In this document: positions 1 through 8,487 of the stretch, in pieces
Layout: each line of letters begins with the position of its first letter
How positions within the stretch are numbered: position 1 is the stretch's first letter
Source of the DNA: a virus
Reading direction: 5' to 3' (one strand)
Virus record (IMG/VR): IMGVR_UViG_3300044259_000094
Span: 1 to 64,000 of that record
Length of the DNA: 64,000 nucleotides
Program-made: the position numbers and the translations under genes
Notes under the pieces: model-generated
Databases searched by the model: none
Seen by the model: the letters and a program-made list of their open reading frames with translations, nothing else
Told to the model about the DNA's origin: nothing

Positions 1-564
1 TCATGCGAACTCTCCAAGTTGTCTTTCTTTACGGTGTTCTTCGTCCAGCTCTTCCAGATAGTCGAGCCACAGTGCGAAGTATTTGGTGAGCTGCCGGCTA
101 CGGGCGTGCTTACCTTTGTGGTACTGGTTGAAATCACGCTCGTTCTGGATCTTGTCCGCGAACAGCATGTGAACCAGATCCTGGCTCAAGAAGCCCACAT
201 GAAAGCGCAGGTCTTCGAGTGTGAAGTGATCGGTACCGGGACGACACAGATAGGCATTGGCAGCATTGCGATAGCTGCGCGCCAGATACAGAGCGTCGAG
301 GTTGATAGCCTCATCTTTGATCAGGAGCTTCCAGTTGGGCTTGAAGATAGCCTCATCCTGGATGATTGGGTGCAAGCAGTAGGCGTCGATCGCCAACTCA
401 CTTGCACCCATGATGCGGAGCATATCGATGCCTTCATCGATATGGTTCATGAGCAGGACACCCGAGCGCTTAGCGCGGTCAGCACCATAGAACTGCTGAA
501 TGGCTTCGTACTCGTGGGTGAGGCGCTTCATCGGAAGCACGTTCTTGTTGGCTTGCTTTTTCAC
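1..564 (-). CDS. HD-domain (RelA/SpoT hydrolase, Mesh1-like) protein with degenerate HD motif; ends in LGEFA tag
   Basis: RSG.LLMNHIDE...G....AYCLHPIIQD...ADKIQN parallels the Mesh1/SpoT pattern (H..V...AA.LHD..ED...ADKL.N); GTG start overlaps upstream TGA. Confidence 0.55.
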   Translation of the reverse strand: MKKQANKNVLPMKRLTHEYEAIQQFYGADRAKRSGVLLMNHIDEGIDMLRIMGASELAIDAYCLHPIIQDEAIFKPNWKLLIKDEAINLDALYLARSYRNAANAYLCRPGTDHFTLEDLRFHVGFLSQDLVHMLFADKIQNERDFNQYHKGKHARSRQLTKYFALWLDYLEELDEEHRKERQLGEFA

Positions 565-761
565 TTAGCAGCCTCGATTGCAGCCTGACGATTCTTGCCG
601 GCTTCGATCAGCTCGGCGCACAGAGCGAGGTAGCGCTCGTTCTTGGAGACGTCGCCGACCATTTCGATAAGCGCCAGCATTTCGTCCACAATGTGTTTGC
701 ATTGCAAGCAGAACTCGTAATGCTCTTTGGCTTGCTGCTGGGAAGCTTGCTGTTTGCTCAT
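561..761 (-). CDS. hypothetical protein (66 aa)
   Basis: ORF with AGGA SD, just downstream of the promoter motif at 816-850. Confidence 0.7.
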   Translation of the reverse strand: MSKQQASQQQAKEHYEFCLQCKHIVDEMLALIEMVGDVSKNERYLALCAELIEAGKNRQAAIEAAK

Positions 762-815
762 ATCAGACGTCCTAGTTATTGCAGCGTGTCATTGCTGCGA
801 TTCATCAGAGCGTTG

Positions 816-850
816 ATTCTACGAGCTTTTAGAGAGGGTGTGATTGGCTG
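816..850 (-). promoter_or_regulatory. phage promoter motif (13-nt spacer variant)
   Basis: CAGCCA ATCA CACCCT N13 TAGAAT. Confidence 0.65.
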
Positions 851-870
851 CCAAATGACAGCCAATACAC

Positions 871-1299
871 TCAGATGGACTCTTGCCGATGGGCGCAGAG
901 CTTGACCACACGTTGGCACAGATCAGCATCGAACCAGCTGATGTGACAGCGCCAACGCTCGATGTCGAGTTTGTAAGCGAGCCACTTGTAGGCTTCACCA
1001 CGAGACATCTGCTTTGACTTCCAGATAGGATCGAACGCAGCATGTGCGGCTTTACGAGCAGTTTTGGTCTTCTCGTCAGCCAATGTACCTAACGGATGAG
1101 TGGTGCCGGCATGTACACCGACAGAAGCACCACAAGCCTTATTGGTACACAGGTAGATATAGGGCCAATCGCTGAAAGTCCGGCCGTTGTAAATCTCGGC
1201 GTGAGTCGTGTATTTGACCTCACTGCCGCAGAACCGACACTTTGTAGGAGCCTGCATGATGCTGCGTGGGTCTATCGACTTCTCGACGGACTTGACCAT
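871..1299 (-). CDS. DUF3268-family zinc-finger protein
   Basis: CRFCG...YLC..CGASVGVH.GT..PLGTLAD...AHAAFDPIWK...AYKWLA...CHI.WFD signature. Confidence 0.8.
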   Translation of the reverse strand: MVKSVEKSIDPRSIMQAPTKCRFCGSEVKYTTHAEIYNGRTFSDWPYIYLCTNKACGASVGVHAGTTHPLGTLADEKTKTARKAAHAAFDPIWKSKQMSRGEAYKWLAYKLDIERWRCHISWFDADLCQRVVKLCAHRQESI

Positions 1300-1463
1300 T
1301 ACTCTTCACGCTCAGGCAAACGAACCAGTACACCAATCAGTTCCTGAATGTAGTGATCGGTGCACTGGTCGTACTCTTCGCTTTGGATCGAACCAGGCAT
1401 AGCCTGGAGCGACTGTATGAAAGCCTGCAGCTGTTCTTCGGTGATAACCCGGACCTTAGCCAT
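1299..1463 (-). CDS. small hypothetical protein (54 aa, MAKVRVITEEQL...), not in ORF track
   Basis: Translated by hand; fills the gap exactly with TGATG and TAATG coupling at its ends. Confidence 0.7.
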   Translation of the reverse strand: MAKVRVITEEQLQAFIQSLQAMPGSIQSEEYDQCTDHYIQELIGVLVRLPEREE

Positions 1464-1786
1464 CAGTCGACCTCCTCGTCAGTGAGCAGAATGGCATCAC
1501 CCACGATCACATCACCGATGAACAGGCTATCAGCGGCCAGGCGAGTAGCAACGGCGTTGAATTTCAGGCCGCTGAACTTACCTTCTTCGTTCATACCCAT
1601 GATGCGATAGGTCTGCTGATCCAGAATCACCGGCTTCTTCAAGCGGATGATCTGAATCGGGCCACCCACCAGCTCTTGCATGGCTTTGAGGTGCATACCG
1701 CGATCACCTTCACCCTTGAAGTATTGCGGGTGAGTTTGGATGTTGATCAGAGTGGACTGATCGTTGGTCTTGATATGAACGGCCAT
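1463..1786 (-). CDS. DUF3846-like protein
   Basis: LKAMQELVGGPIQ...MNEEGK...L.FN..AT...IVGDAIL motif. Confidence 0.7.
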   Translation of the reverse strand: MAVHIKTNDQSTLINIQTHPQYFKGEGDRGMHLKAMQELVGGPIQIIRLKKPVILDQQTYRIMGMNEEGKFSGLKFNAVATRLAADSLFIGDVIVGDAILLTDEEVD

Positions 1787-1793
1787 GTGAACC

Positions 1794-1907
1794 TCAGTTG
1801 AATTGGAAGGAACCGCAGGCGAGCATGAAGCCCAGGATGACCAGGAGGATCAAGATGATCGCAAGACCCGGGTCTTTCTCGATGGTGTTGAAGATACGGT
1901 TGATCAT
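1794..1907 (-). CDS. small membrane protein (37 aa, MINRIFNTIEKDPGLAIILILLVILGFMLACGSFQFN), not in ORF track
   Basis: ATGA overlap with upstream stop; one hydrophobic helix. Confidence 0.65.
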   Translation of the reverse strand: MINRIFNTIEKDPGLAIILILLVILGFMLACGSFQFN

Positions 1908-2620
1908 GCGTCGAGGCTCTCTTGTACCTGACTGCGGTCTTCAACAAACGGCTCAACGTTCCGCTTGTGCATGTACTCCTGACCTTCTTCGAGTGGCCAT
2001 TCGACTTCGTGACCACAAGCGCCGTTGGAGCACAGCTTCTTGTCCTCGCTGCGCAGCGGGATCATTTCAGAACCACACTTGATGCAGTTCTTGGTGCTAC
2101 GGAAGCGGTTGAGGAACTTCTCGGCTTCTTTGAAAGCCTGGCCGTCGTCAGCTTTCAGCATGTCGCCGATACGATCAAGAGCCGCTTCGAGGTCTTGACG
2201 AACCATCACATGGCATTCGCTGGCACGAACACGGGCGTCAACGTGTTCTTCGATGGTGAGGGACAGCGCATCGAATTCTTCGGTTTTGCGGGTCAGAGCG
2301 TCACGCAGACCGTCATTGCGGCTGATCTGATAGCCAAGATTTTCACGACCCTCTTGGACTTGCTTGAGCAGGTCATTGATAACGGTCTTGTCGATGTTAG
2401 CCTGATCGCGCAGCTCGATTTCACGGTCAACGGCACGATGAACGTCTTTGACCGCCGCACACATCCAGGGACTATCGTCGGACAGACGTTGCTCGCCGGC
2501 AGACATCCGAGTGTTGCACTGCGCAGCCACGCTGATAGCAACCAGAGCCATCTCTTTCGCTTCCAGCTCAGCGTTGAAGCCGAACAGGTCGCCAATCTTA
2601 CGCTTGATGAAACGCTTCAT
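1904..2620 (-). CDS. coiled-coil protein with C-terminal zinc ribbon
   Basis: Start moved to MKRFIK (ATGA overlap at 2617-2620); CIKC...CSNGAC near C-terminus. Confidence 0.7.
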   Translation of the reverse strand: MKRFIKRKIGDLFGFNAELEAKEMALVAISVAAQCNTRMSAGEQRLSDDSPWMCAAVKDVHRAVDREIELRDQANIDKTVINDLLKQVQEGRENLGYQISRNDGLRDALTRKTEEFDALSLTIEEHVDARVRASECHVMVRQDLEAALDRIGDMLKADDGQAFKEAEKFLNRFRSTKNCIKCGSEMIPLRSEDKKLCSNGACGHEVEWPLEEGQEYMHKRNVEPFVEDRSQVQESLDA

Positions 2621-2808
2621 ACCCATGCTCCCATTGTCTGACGATTTTGAACCTGGAGTTCGACCAGCATGGCCTCTTCCAGTTCTTGTTTTTCCGCAAG
2701 GGCTTCCTGCGGTGTATAGCCCAGTTGTTCGACCCGACCCCAAAGCAGAGCACAAAGCTCTGCCCTGGCGATGTCGGTCAGCCTTTCTTCAAACCTTGTC
2801 CCGACCAT
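2617..2808 (-). CDS. hypothetical protein ending in MGAWV tag
   Basis: GAGGAG SD; translationally coupled to the next gene. Confidence 0.65.
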   Translation of the reverse strand: MVGTRFEERLTDIARAELCALLWGRVEQLGYTPQEALAEKQELEEAMLVELQVQNRQTMGAWV

Positions 2809-3038
2809 AGCTCCTCGATCTTCTTATCCAGATCACCCATTTTCTCAAGCAGGCTTTCCAGATGCTTGACGTAACGACCGGCGTTCTTGTGACCGTACAG
2901 CTCGATCATTCGATACACCAGTCTTTGAGCGTCCTCGATTTGGCACTTGAGGAAGAAGTGCTTCACCTTGAGCGTCATCAAGGTTGGCGCCCAGATGATG
3001 CGATGAACCGTCAGTTTGTCGACCTTGAACTTCTTCAC
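2778..3038 (-). CDS. hypothetical protein
   Basis: GTG start overlapping upstream TGA at 3035. Confidence 0.6.
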   Translation of the reverse strand: MKKFKVDKLTVHRIIWAPTLMTLKVKHFFLKCQIEDAQRLVYRMIELYGHKNAGRYVKHLESLLEKMGDLDKKIEELWSGQGLKKG

Positions 3039-3229
3039 AGACCCACCCACCCAAAAGGGGAGAGTTTAGCCGATGCCAACCAAAGAACACAGGCAGCGAT
3101 GATGATCAGCCCACCCTCCTTGTCGATCTTGCCACCCCCAAGCATGATGACCCCGTAGGTACCGATCGTAGCCATGATAGCTATGACGGTCACTACGAAC
3201 CAGCCGATGAACAGACCGAAAGTTTCCAT
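3035..3229 (-). CDS. small two-TM membrane protein
   Basis: Two hydrophobic segments; coupled to neighbours. Confidence 0.7.
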   Translation of the reverse strand: METFGLFIGWFVVTVIAIMATIGTYGVIMLGGGKIDKEGGLIIIAACVLWLASAKLSPFGWVGL

Positions 3230-3840
3230 CAGTCCTCCGTCAGCTCAGCATAGGTGTTCTGGCCTTTCTTGACGAACTTGAATCGAGCCTTGATACCCTT
3301 TTCCAGAGTACCTGCGATGAACTCCGGCTTCGCTACGCCGTCGATGATGCCCTGGATCAGACCGTCGATGCCGGATGGGCCGAATTCGATGGTTTGACCG
3401 TTACTGGCTTCGAACTGCATGGTCACGGAGCTGCGGCCGCGAGTGTAGCCAGTGAACTTGAGGATATCTTCGAACACCGGGACGTAATCGAACGCTACGA
3501 TCTGCTGGCGAACCTCGTCCTTCTCCCACTGTTGATGCGCGTAGACTTCGCGGTTGTACTTCTCGTAGGCAGCGTAGTCGTCCAGCTGCTGTTGAGTGAG
3601 CGGGGCGGCGTGAGCGGGGCGACCATGAGGATGGAACCCAGGCCATTTTACTTCCGGCCCAACTACAGGCTCCGGTTTAGCGTTCGCTTTGAGTTCGGCA
3701 ACCTTTTTGGTTACTTCATCGAAGCTACCATGCAGAGGCCAGTAGTCGTCATAGCCGACGTAGTAGTGACCGGTCTTGCTGTTTTGCATCAAGCACCAAG
3801 CTTTTGGCGCTTTACCCTTTGCCTTACCGACGATCTTCAC
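3229..3840 (-). CDS. hypothetical protein (203 aa)
   Basis: GAGG SD; downstream of promoter 3878-3911. Confidence 0.75.
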   Translation of the reverse strand: MKIVGKAKGKAPKAWCLMQNSKTGHYYVGYDDYWPLHGSFDEVTKKVAELKANAKPEPVVGPEVKWPGFHPHGRPAHAAPLTQQQLDDYAAYEKYNREVYAHQQWEKDEVRQQIVAFDYVPVFEDILKFTGYTRGRSSVTMQFEASNGQTIEFGPSGIDGLIQGIIDGVAKPEFIAGTLEKGIKARFKFVKKGQNTYAELTED

Positions 3841-3877
3841 AGGTGCTTCCTCTCGCTATGTTGTTGAATCTGCGCTG

Positions 3878-3911
3878 ATTTTACAGCGCAGATATAGGTG
3901 TTATTCGGCTG
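3878..3911 (-). promoter_or_regulatory. phage promoter motif, -10 in hairpin loop
   Basis: CAGCCG AATA ACACCT N12 TAAAAT; 10-bp inverted repeat 3868-3893 flanks the -10. Confidence 0.75.
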
Positions 3912-4650
3912 CCGCAGTCGCTTTTGCGGCGTCACGAATCTCTTCGGCTTGCTTGCGCAAGGTCTCAGCCTCGCATTCTTCTGGGTAGTTCTCCAGAATC
4001 CAGGTCATCATGGCGTAGTTGGCAATGTGAGCAGCGTTACCGCGCTTGTGTGAGGTCACATGGCTCATGAGCAGAGCATAGGTGTTGTACTCATGAGTAC
4101 CTTCCCAGCCTCCCTTGCCCTCTACTTCCCGCTTCACTTTCAGGGTCGCCCGCATGTGCTCCACGAACTTGTCCAGAGCCCAGTCATCGAAGTGCTGACC
4201 AGCCGGCGGCTCACTGACACGGCCGACCAGAGCCTGTTCCAGATCGCGGATCATCTTGCGTTGGGTATCAATGGTACCCAGATTGAGCTTGGCCTCTTTC
4301 TCCAGCAGCTTGATGACAGCCTTGTGGTCTTTGATTTCCTCTTCGAAAGATGCTTCCATCTCCTTCCATTTTGCTTCTATGGGTTCGAGGTACTTCTCGA
4401 AGATCTTGGTGCTTGCACGTTTGGCGGCGAAGTTGTGCATGTAGCTGTACCAAAGAACGCCCAACATACCAACGGCGATGGTCAGGATGAACCAGTATGA
4501 AACCTGGTCGTAGTAATACGAGTCGCCCCGGATGGTTCCGCCCAGTGCAACGAGGAAGATATCGAATGTGGTAGCCCACATATGAAGAAGCACGGCGAAT
4601 GCAGCGAGCAACGCCAGAGTTTTGAGCCAATACTTCCAGTTCTGTTTCAT
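3901..4650 (-). CDS. membrane-anchored coiled-coil protein with C-terminal all-alpha domain
   Basis: Two N-terminal TM helices; C-terminal D.F...M...L...R..GKGGW...L.SHV....IANYAMM resembles a common phage (Ead/Ea22-associated) domain. Confidence 0.7.
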   Translation of the reverse strand: MKQNWKYWLKTLALLAAFAVLLHMWATTFDIFLVALGGTIRGDSYYYDQVSYWFILTIAVGMLGVLWYSYMHNFAAKRASTKIFEKYLEPIEAKWKEMEASFEEEIKDHKAVIKLLEKEAKLNLGTIDTQRKMIRDLEQALVGRVSEPPAGQHFDDWALDKFVEHMRATLKVKREVEGKGGWEGTHEYNTYALLMSHVTSHKRGNAAHIANYAMMTWILENYPEECEAETLRKQAEEIRDAAKATAAAE

Positions 4651-4665
4651 GGTGACACCTCTTGG

Positions 4666-5151
4666 TTATGCCCAACTGCCATATGCAGAGGGCTTGGGGA
4701 TTTTTGCAGCGGCTTCTTTACGTTCTCGTTCTAGCTTGTCTCGCCGAGCACTCTCAATGGCGATTTCGAATACGTTCCAGGCGTCTTCGATATTCTTACC
4801 GCGCTCGCGAAGTCTGGTAACGAGGTCGATAGTTTCAAGCGGTTCATACAAGCCGGCGTCAATGATGTCGTCGATCAAGGCTTGCCACTTCTTGTTCTCG
4901 GACTCGACCATTGCTGCCTGTTTTGCAGCCTCAGCAGCGGCCATTTCAGCAACCATCTTTGCAATGGAGGCTTTGTGATCAGCCTCCATTTCAGCCGCAG
5001 CCTGCTTGTATATGTATTCGCCAGGCGGTCTTTTCTTGATGGCGTTGAATGTCGCTTCCGGGCCACTCTCGTAGTCATAGGCGAGACCCTTCTCAACCTT
5101 TTTGAACTCCTTGAGCATGTCAGCCAGGCTGGTTGGCTTGAGAGGTTTCAT
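4666..5151 (-). CDS. hypothetical protein ending in YGSWA tag
   Basis: ATGA overlap start MKPLKP. Confidence 0.75.
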   Translation of the reverse strand: MKPLKPTSLADMLKEFKKVEKGLAYDYESGPEATFNAIKKRPPGEYIYKQAAAEMEADHKASIAKMVAEMAAAEAAKQAAMVESENKKWQALIDDIIDAGLYEPLETIDLVTRLRERGKNIEDAWNVFEIAIESARRDKLERERKEAAAKIPKPSAYGSWA

Positions 5152-5441
5152 GCCCACTGGCCCATAGAAGTGGATCGCTGTTCGTCAGCCAGAAGTTCTT
5201 CAACCTCTTGTTCCACACGAATGCGATCAGCCTCTTTGATTTGCAGGCGAATAGACTCGATGTCACCAGAGGCTTTTATTGTCATCTGCTTAATGTGGAA
5301 ATACAGCCGGTCTTTGATGTCGAGGTTAGCCCGAGTAATTTCGTCAGCTTCATCGGCTTCGAAGTCTTCTTCTGGCTCGCTGCGCTTCTTCAACTCAGCC
5401 TCGAAGAAGTCTTTGAATTTCCACCCATGTACAGGTTTCAT
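5148..5441 (-). CDS. hypothetical protein ending in MGQWA tag
   Basis: ATGA overlaps at both ends. Confidence 0.75.
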   Translation of the reverse strand: MKPVHGWKFKDFFEAELKKRSEPEEDFEADEADEITRANLDIKDRLYFHIKQMTIKASGDIESIRLQIKEADRIRVEQEVEELLADEQRSTSMGQWA

Positions 5442-5743
5442 GCCCAGTCACCGTAAGTTTCAGGTTTTGGTTTGTTCTTCTCAGCTTCGAGGTGAACCTT
5501 GTGATCAGCCTCAAGCTCATAGAGGGTCTTGTCGCTCACCGGGATGTGTTCGGCTGCACACTGTGCGCAGATATCACCCTCAGCAAGGCTGAACAACCGA
5601 CGCTTGCTGCTGGATACCTGGCAGTAGACGCACTTCTTGGTCATGGTATCCAAGACCGACTCAACCTTCTTGCGCCTCTCATCCATCATCTTCTGAAAGC
5701 CTTGCTGGGCGCGTAACGTCGTCCCTTTCCCCTTGTACGCCAT
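5438..5743 (-). CDS. zinc-finger (CxxC...CxxC) protein ending in YGDWA tag
   Basis: Start moved to MAYKGKG with AGGAG SD; CVYC/CAQC. Confidence 0.7.
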   Translation of the reverse strand: MAYKGKGTTLRAQQGFQKMMDERRKKVESVLDTMTKKCVYCQVSSSKRRLFSLAEGDICAQCAAEHIPVSDKTLYELEADHKVHLEAEKNKPKPETYGDWA

Positions 5744-5775
5744 GACTACGGCACTCCTGTTGTTTGCTTGCTTCG

Positions 5776-5809
5776 ATTTTACGCAAAGAGCAAAGGCATC
5801 ACATGGCGC
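5776..5809 (-). promoter_or_regulatory. phage promoter motif
   Basis: GCGCCA TGTG ATGCCT N12 TAAAAT. Confidence 0.75.
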
Positions 5810-5855
5810 CCAGCGTTTGCTGTGACGCTCTGTGATGCGTTTTAAGCGACGTTCG

Positions 5856-6416
5856 CTAGTGAGACTTAGATGCGCTAGCAAGTCGTGCTAACGTCGCAGC
5901 AGCGAGCTGTGAGCGCTTGTCCCGAGCAGCTTCCTCTGAGCGTTCGAAGTAGCTTGCAGAGTCATCGAGCCAGCTGAGGTCAAGATGATAACTGCGGCGA
6001 CTGCGGATAGCGTGGATCTGGAACTGTCGATCGACGTACTCGATAGCCAAATCGAGCGGCCATTGGTTTACAGCAGCCAGTTGGTTGATAGCTCGCATGA
6101 ACTCAGCCTTACCCTGAGTGATAGCGAAGCCAATGTGCTTGACCTTGTGACAATCCGGGCACAGAGCGATCAACCCGGTGAGCCTCTGAATCAAGGCATG
6201 GTCTTCGTAATCCCAGATTTCGTGACACTCGACTGGATGCTTACGCCCACGACCACCGCAGACTTCACAGCGGTGACCTGCTTTTTGGTAGCAAGCCGCG
6301 CGAAGACTGTCCCACTGCACTTTGGTCAGCCGGCTGCGCAGGTTGTCTTCCCACTGCGTGGAAGGGACCAACTCAATGGTCAGCTTGGGTTCCGGGTACG
6401 GATGGAATTGGCTCAT
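5856..6416 (-). CDS. HNH-fold nuclease-like protein
   Basis: CEVCG...ECHEIW...LIALCPDCHKVKH. Confidence 0.75.
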   Translation of the reverse strand: MSQFHPYPEPKLTIELVPSTQWEDNLRSRLTKVQWDSLRAACYQKAGHRCEVCGGRGRKHPVECHEIWDYEDHALIQRLTGLIALCPDCHKVKHIGFAITQGKAEFMRAINQLAAVNQWPLDLAIEYVDRQFQIHAIRSRRSYHLDLSWLDDSASYFERSEEAARDKRSQLAAATLARLASASKSH

Positions 6417-6520
6417 GACAGACCCTCCGCAATCATGATCATGCGGACGATGCAGTAAACGGCTGTCAGAGAGCCGAAGATGATCATGCTCAAGCCAAGA
6501 GCCTTAATAAACTTGTTCAT
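6413..6520 (-). CDS. small membrane peptide (35 aa, MNKFIKALGLSMIIFG...), not in ORF track
   Basis: ATGA overlaps at both ends; hydrophobic. Confidence 0.6.
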   Translation of the reverse strand: MNKFIKALGLSMIIFGSLTAVYCIVRMIMIAEGLS

Positions 6521-6627
6521 TGGGTCGCCTTCGAAGCTGCGATCAAAAGAAGGTGCATGAAATAGCAGACGGCAAAAGTGACTGCGATATCCACAACCAG
6601 AATCAGAATTTTCTTACGAAGGCTCAT
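6517..6627 (-). CDS. small membrane peptide (36 aa, MSLRKKILILVVDIAV...), not in ORF track
   Basis: ATGA overlaps at both ends; hydrophobic. Confidence 0.6.
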   Translation of the reverse strand: MSLRKKILILVVDIAVTFAVCYFMHLLLIAASKATQ

Positions 6628-6845
6628 GCCCAGGGATTCTCCGGTTTATGGCTCTCCGGGACGAACCCTTCTGGCAGAGCCTTCATGACAACGCGACCAC
6701 CAAAGTAGTGCCAGTCGTGCAAACGACCAGTTTCTTTGGTGAGTTTCTTGCGGAGTTCTTCCGCTTCTGCTTTTGGCATGTCATAGACGCCAATCAGCTC
6801 ACCGTGTTTGTAGACATCAAGGTCACACGCCATATCAGTGCTCAT
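6624..6845 (-). CDS. hypothetical protein ending ENPWA
   Basis: Start MSTDMA with GGAGG SD. Confidence 0.7.
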   Translation of the reverse strand: MSTDMACDLDVYKHGELIGVYDMPKAEAEELRKKLTKETGRLHDWHYFGGRVVMKALPEGFVPESHKPENPWA

Positions 6846-6869
6846 AGTGCCTCCAAAAATCAGAGCCAT

Positions 6870-6891
6870 AAAAAAGCCCTCCGAAGAGGGC
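6870..6891 (-). terminator. intrinsic terminator
   Basis: GCCCTC-TTCG-GAGGGC followed by T6. Confidence 0.85.
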
Positions 6892-6910
6892 AAAGGCCAG
6901 GGTAAATCTG

Positions 6911-7765
6911 TTACTCGGCTGCGTCTTCTTCGGTTTCTACAGGACCGGTAGTAGGACCAGGCTGGTTCAGCGAAGTCAGAAGTGGCAGCAGAGTAGAAGT
7001 GGGGTTCGGGATCAGACGACCGCCGGATTTGATCGCGATACCCAGAGCAGGCAGCAGATTCATCATCTGGGTAGTCTGGCTCGACGAAGTGCCTTCGCTG
7101 TATGGACGCGCCAAGAAGGCGTCTTTCAGCTGCTTGCTGGACATTTCGTCGTTCTGCACCAGGAAGTTGATCGCGATCCGGGTGTAGTTCGACAACGCAG
7201 CGCCTTTGGCGATGTGAGCGAACAGGTTGGTGGTCTTCTCACCGATCTTGATCGGCATCTTGTCGATGGTTTCGAGCAAGGCGATACGCTTGTCGAAGCG
7301 TTCCTCGTCGGACAGAGCCAGGTCTTTGGTGTCGATGGTCAGCAGTTCATCGAGCTTGTCGCCGAGAGCAGTAGCGAGGGCCACGCTCTTAGTCATGCCG
7401 ATGGTGCTGATGCGCTTGGTGATAGGCGCTTTCTTCTTTTGTACTGGCGCCGGCATCTGAGCCGTATCGGGAGCAGGTTCGGACTGCTCGTCCATTTCAG
7501 CGAGAGCCTGTTCTTTCAGCTCACCGATGTTTGCAGCATGGCCGGCTTCGAGCAGCTGGCTTTCAGTTGGCACTTCCAACGGTTTCTCTTGGAGACCGGC
7601 TACAACGATGCTGGAATCGCTACCAGCGTTAACGCCTGCTTCGAGGTCTGCGAACATATCGTCCAGCAGATCCAGCGTGTTTTCGTTACCCTGACCGCCG
7701 AGAACAATCTCCTCCTCGTTGTTAACTGGGAGTTCTTGTTCAACCTGTTGAAGTGCTACTGCCAT
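6911..7765 (-). CDS. protein with acidic disordered N-terminus and possible C-terminal winged-helix domain
   Basis: Own promoter and terminator; C-terminal helix-helix-wing pattern (MSSKQLKDAF...LLPALGIAIKSGGRLIP). Confidence 0.75.
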   Translation of the reverse strand: MAVALQQVEQELPVNNEEEIVLGGQGNENTLDLLDDMFADLEAGVNAGSDSSIVVAGLQEKPLEVPTESQLLEAGHAANIGELKEQALAEMDEQSEPAPDTAQMPAPVQKKKAPITKRISTIGMTKSVALATALGDKLDELLTIDTKDLALSDEERFDKRIALLETIDKMPIKIGEKTTNLFAHIAKGAALSNYTRIAINFLVQNDEMSSKQLKDAFLARPYSEGTSSSQTTQMMNLLPALGIAIKSGGRLIPNPTSTLLPLLTSLNQPGPTTGPVETEEDAAE

Positions 7766-7847
7766 GTCATCCACCTAATGATCTGAGTTGGTTATTCTTT
7801 AGGACGCTAAGCAAATCAACTACTTAGCGTCTCTTTGTGTTGCAGCG

Positions 7848-7881
7848 ATAATACACAGCAGTTTTAGGCATAGCGTGGCGA
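7848..7881 (-). promoter_or_regulatory. phage promoter motif
   Basis: TCGCCA CGCT ATGCCT N12 TATTAT; leader hairpin GACGCTAAG/CTTAGCGTC at 7803-7831. Confidence 0.7.
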
Positions 7882-7887
7882 AATTAA

Positions 7888-8487
7888 CTAGCCCTCTACT
7901 GTGAGAAGGGGATCAGTGATGATCAGTTTCTTGCCATCGGTCATGTAGTTGGCCGGGTTGTACAGATCATGCACCAGATCCAGTGTTGAGGCGTTCATGA
8001 AGTTGGCGATCCACATCAGCGCTTTGGAAATTGAGGCGCTAAATAGATTGGATGCAGCCAACTCCTGCAATGCACTGGCATAACGCTCCTGCGCTTGCAT
8101 AACGCCAATGTGACGGTCGCTCTCGACAATACGGTGACGAATAGCAGCCATCACAGACTCGCGCTCGTAATAGAGAGTCGAGTGAATATCCGGGTCAATC
8201 GTTTGCAGCCTTTGAAGCTCCACAAGGTGAACTCCTTGTGGGTGTTCTGGTGAGCCCATATGACCCAGATACTCAATGAACTCAACCAGCCCGTCGCAGC
8301 CTTGAATACGGCCTAACAGGAGCAAGTTGACAGTGGTTTCATCCACAGTCAGCTTGTAAACGGTATTTTGGCAGGAGCCTTCGAAGACTATCGAGAACTC
8401 GCCCCGCCCAATCTGAGCCTTACCGCGTAACTCAGGGAAACGCTCCAGATATCCCGGAGCATCTTCCAGTTCAAACATATGGCTCAA
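7888..8487 (-). CDS. protein-kinase-like (PKL fold) protein
   Basis: IGRGEFSIVF glycine loop, VYKL lysine, HDLYNPANYM catalytic loop, IITDP; start may be TTG 8487 or ATG 8478. Confidence 0.65.
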   Translation of the reverse strand: MSHMFELEDAPGYLERFPELRGKAQIGRGEFSIVFEGSCQNTVYKLTVDETTVNLLLLGRIQGCDGLVEFIEYLGHMGSPEHPQGVHLVELQRLQTIDPDIHSTLYYERESVMAAIRHRIVESDRHIGVMQAQERYASALQELAASNLFSASISKALMWIANFMNASTLDLVHDLYNPANYMTDGKKLIITDPLLTVEG

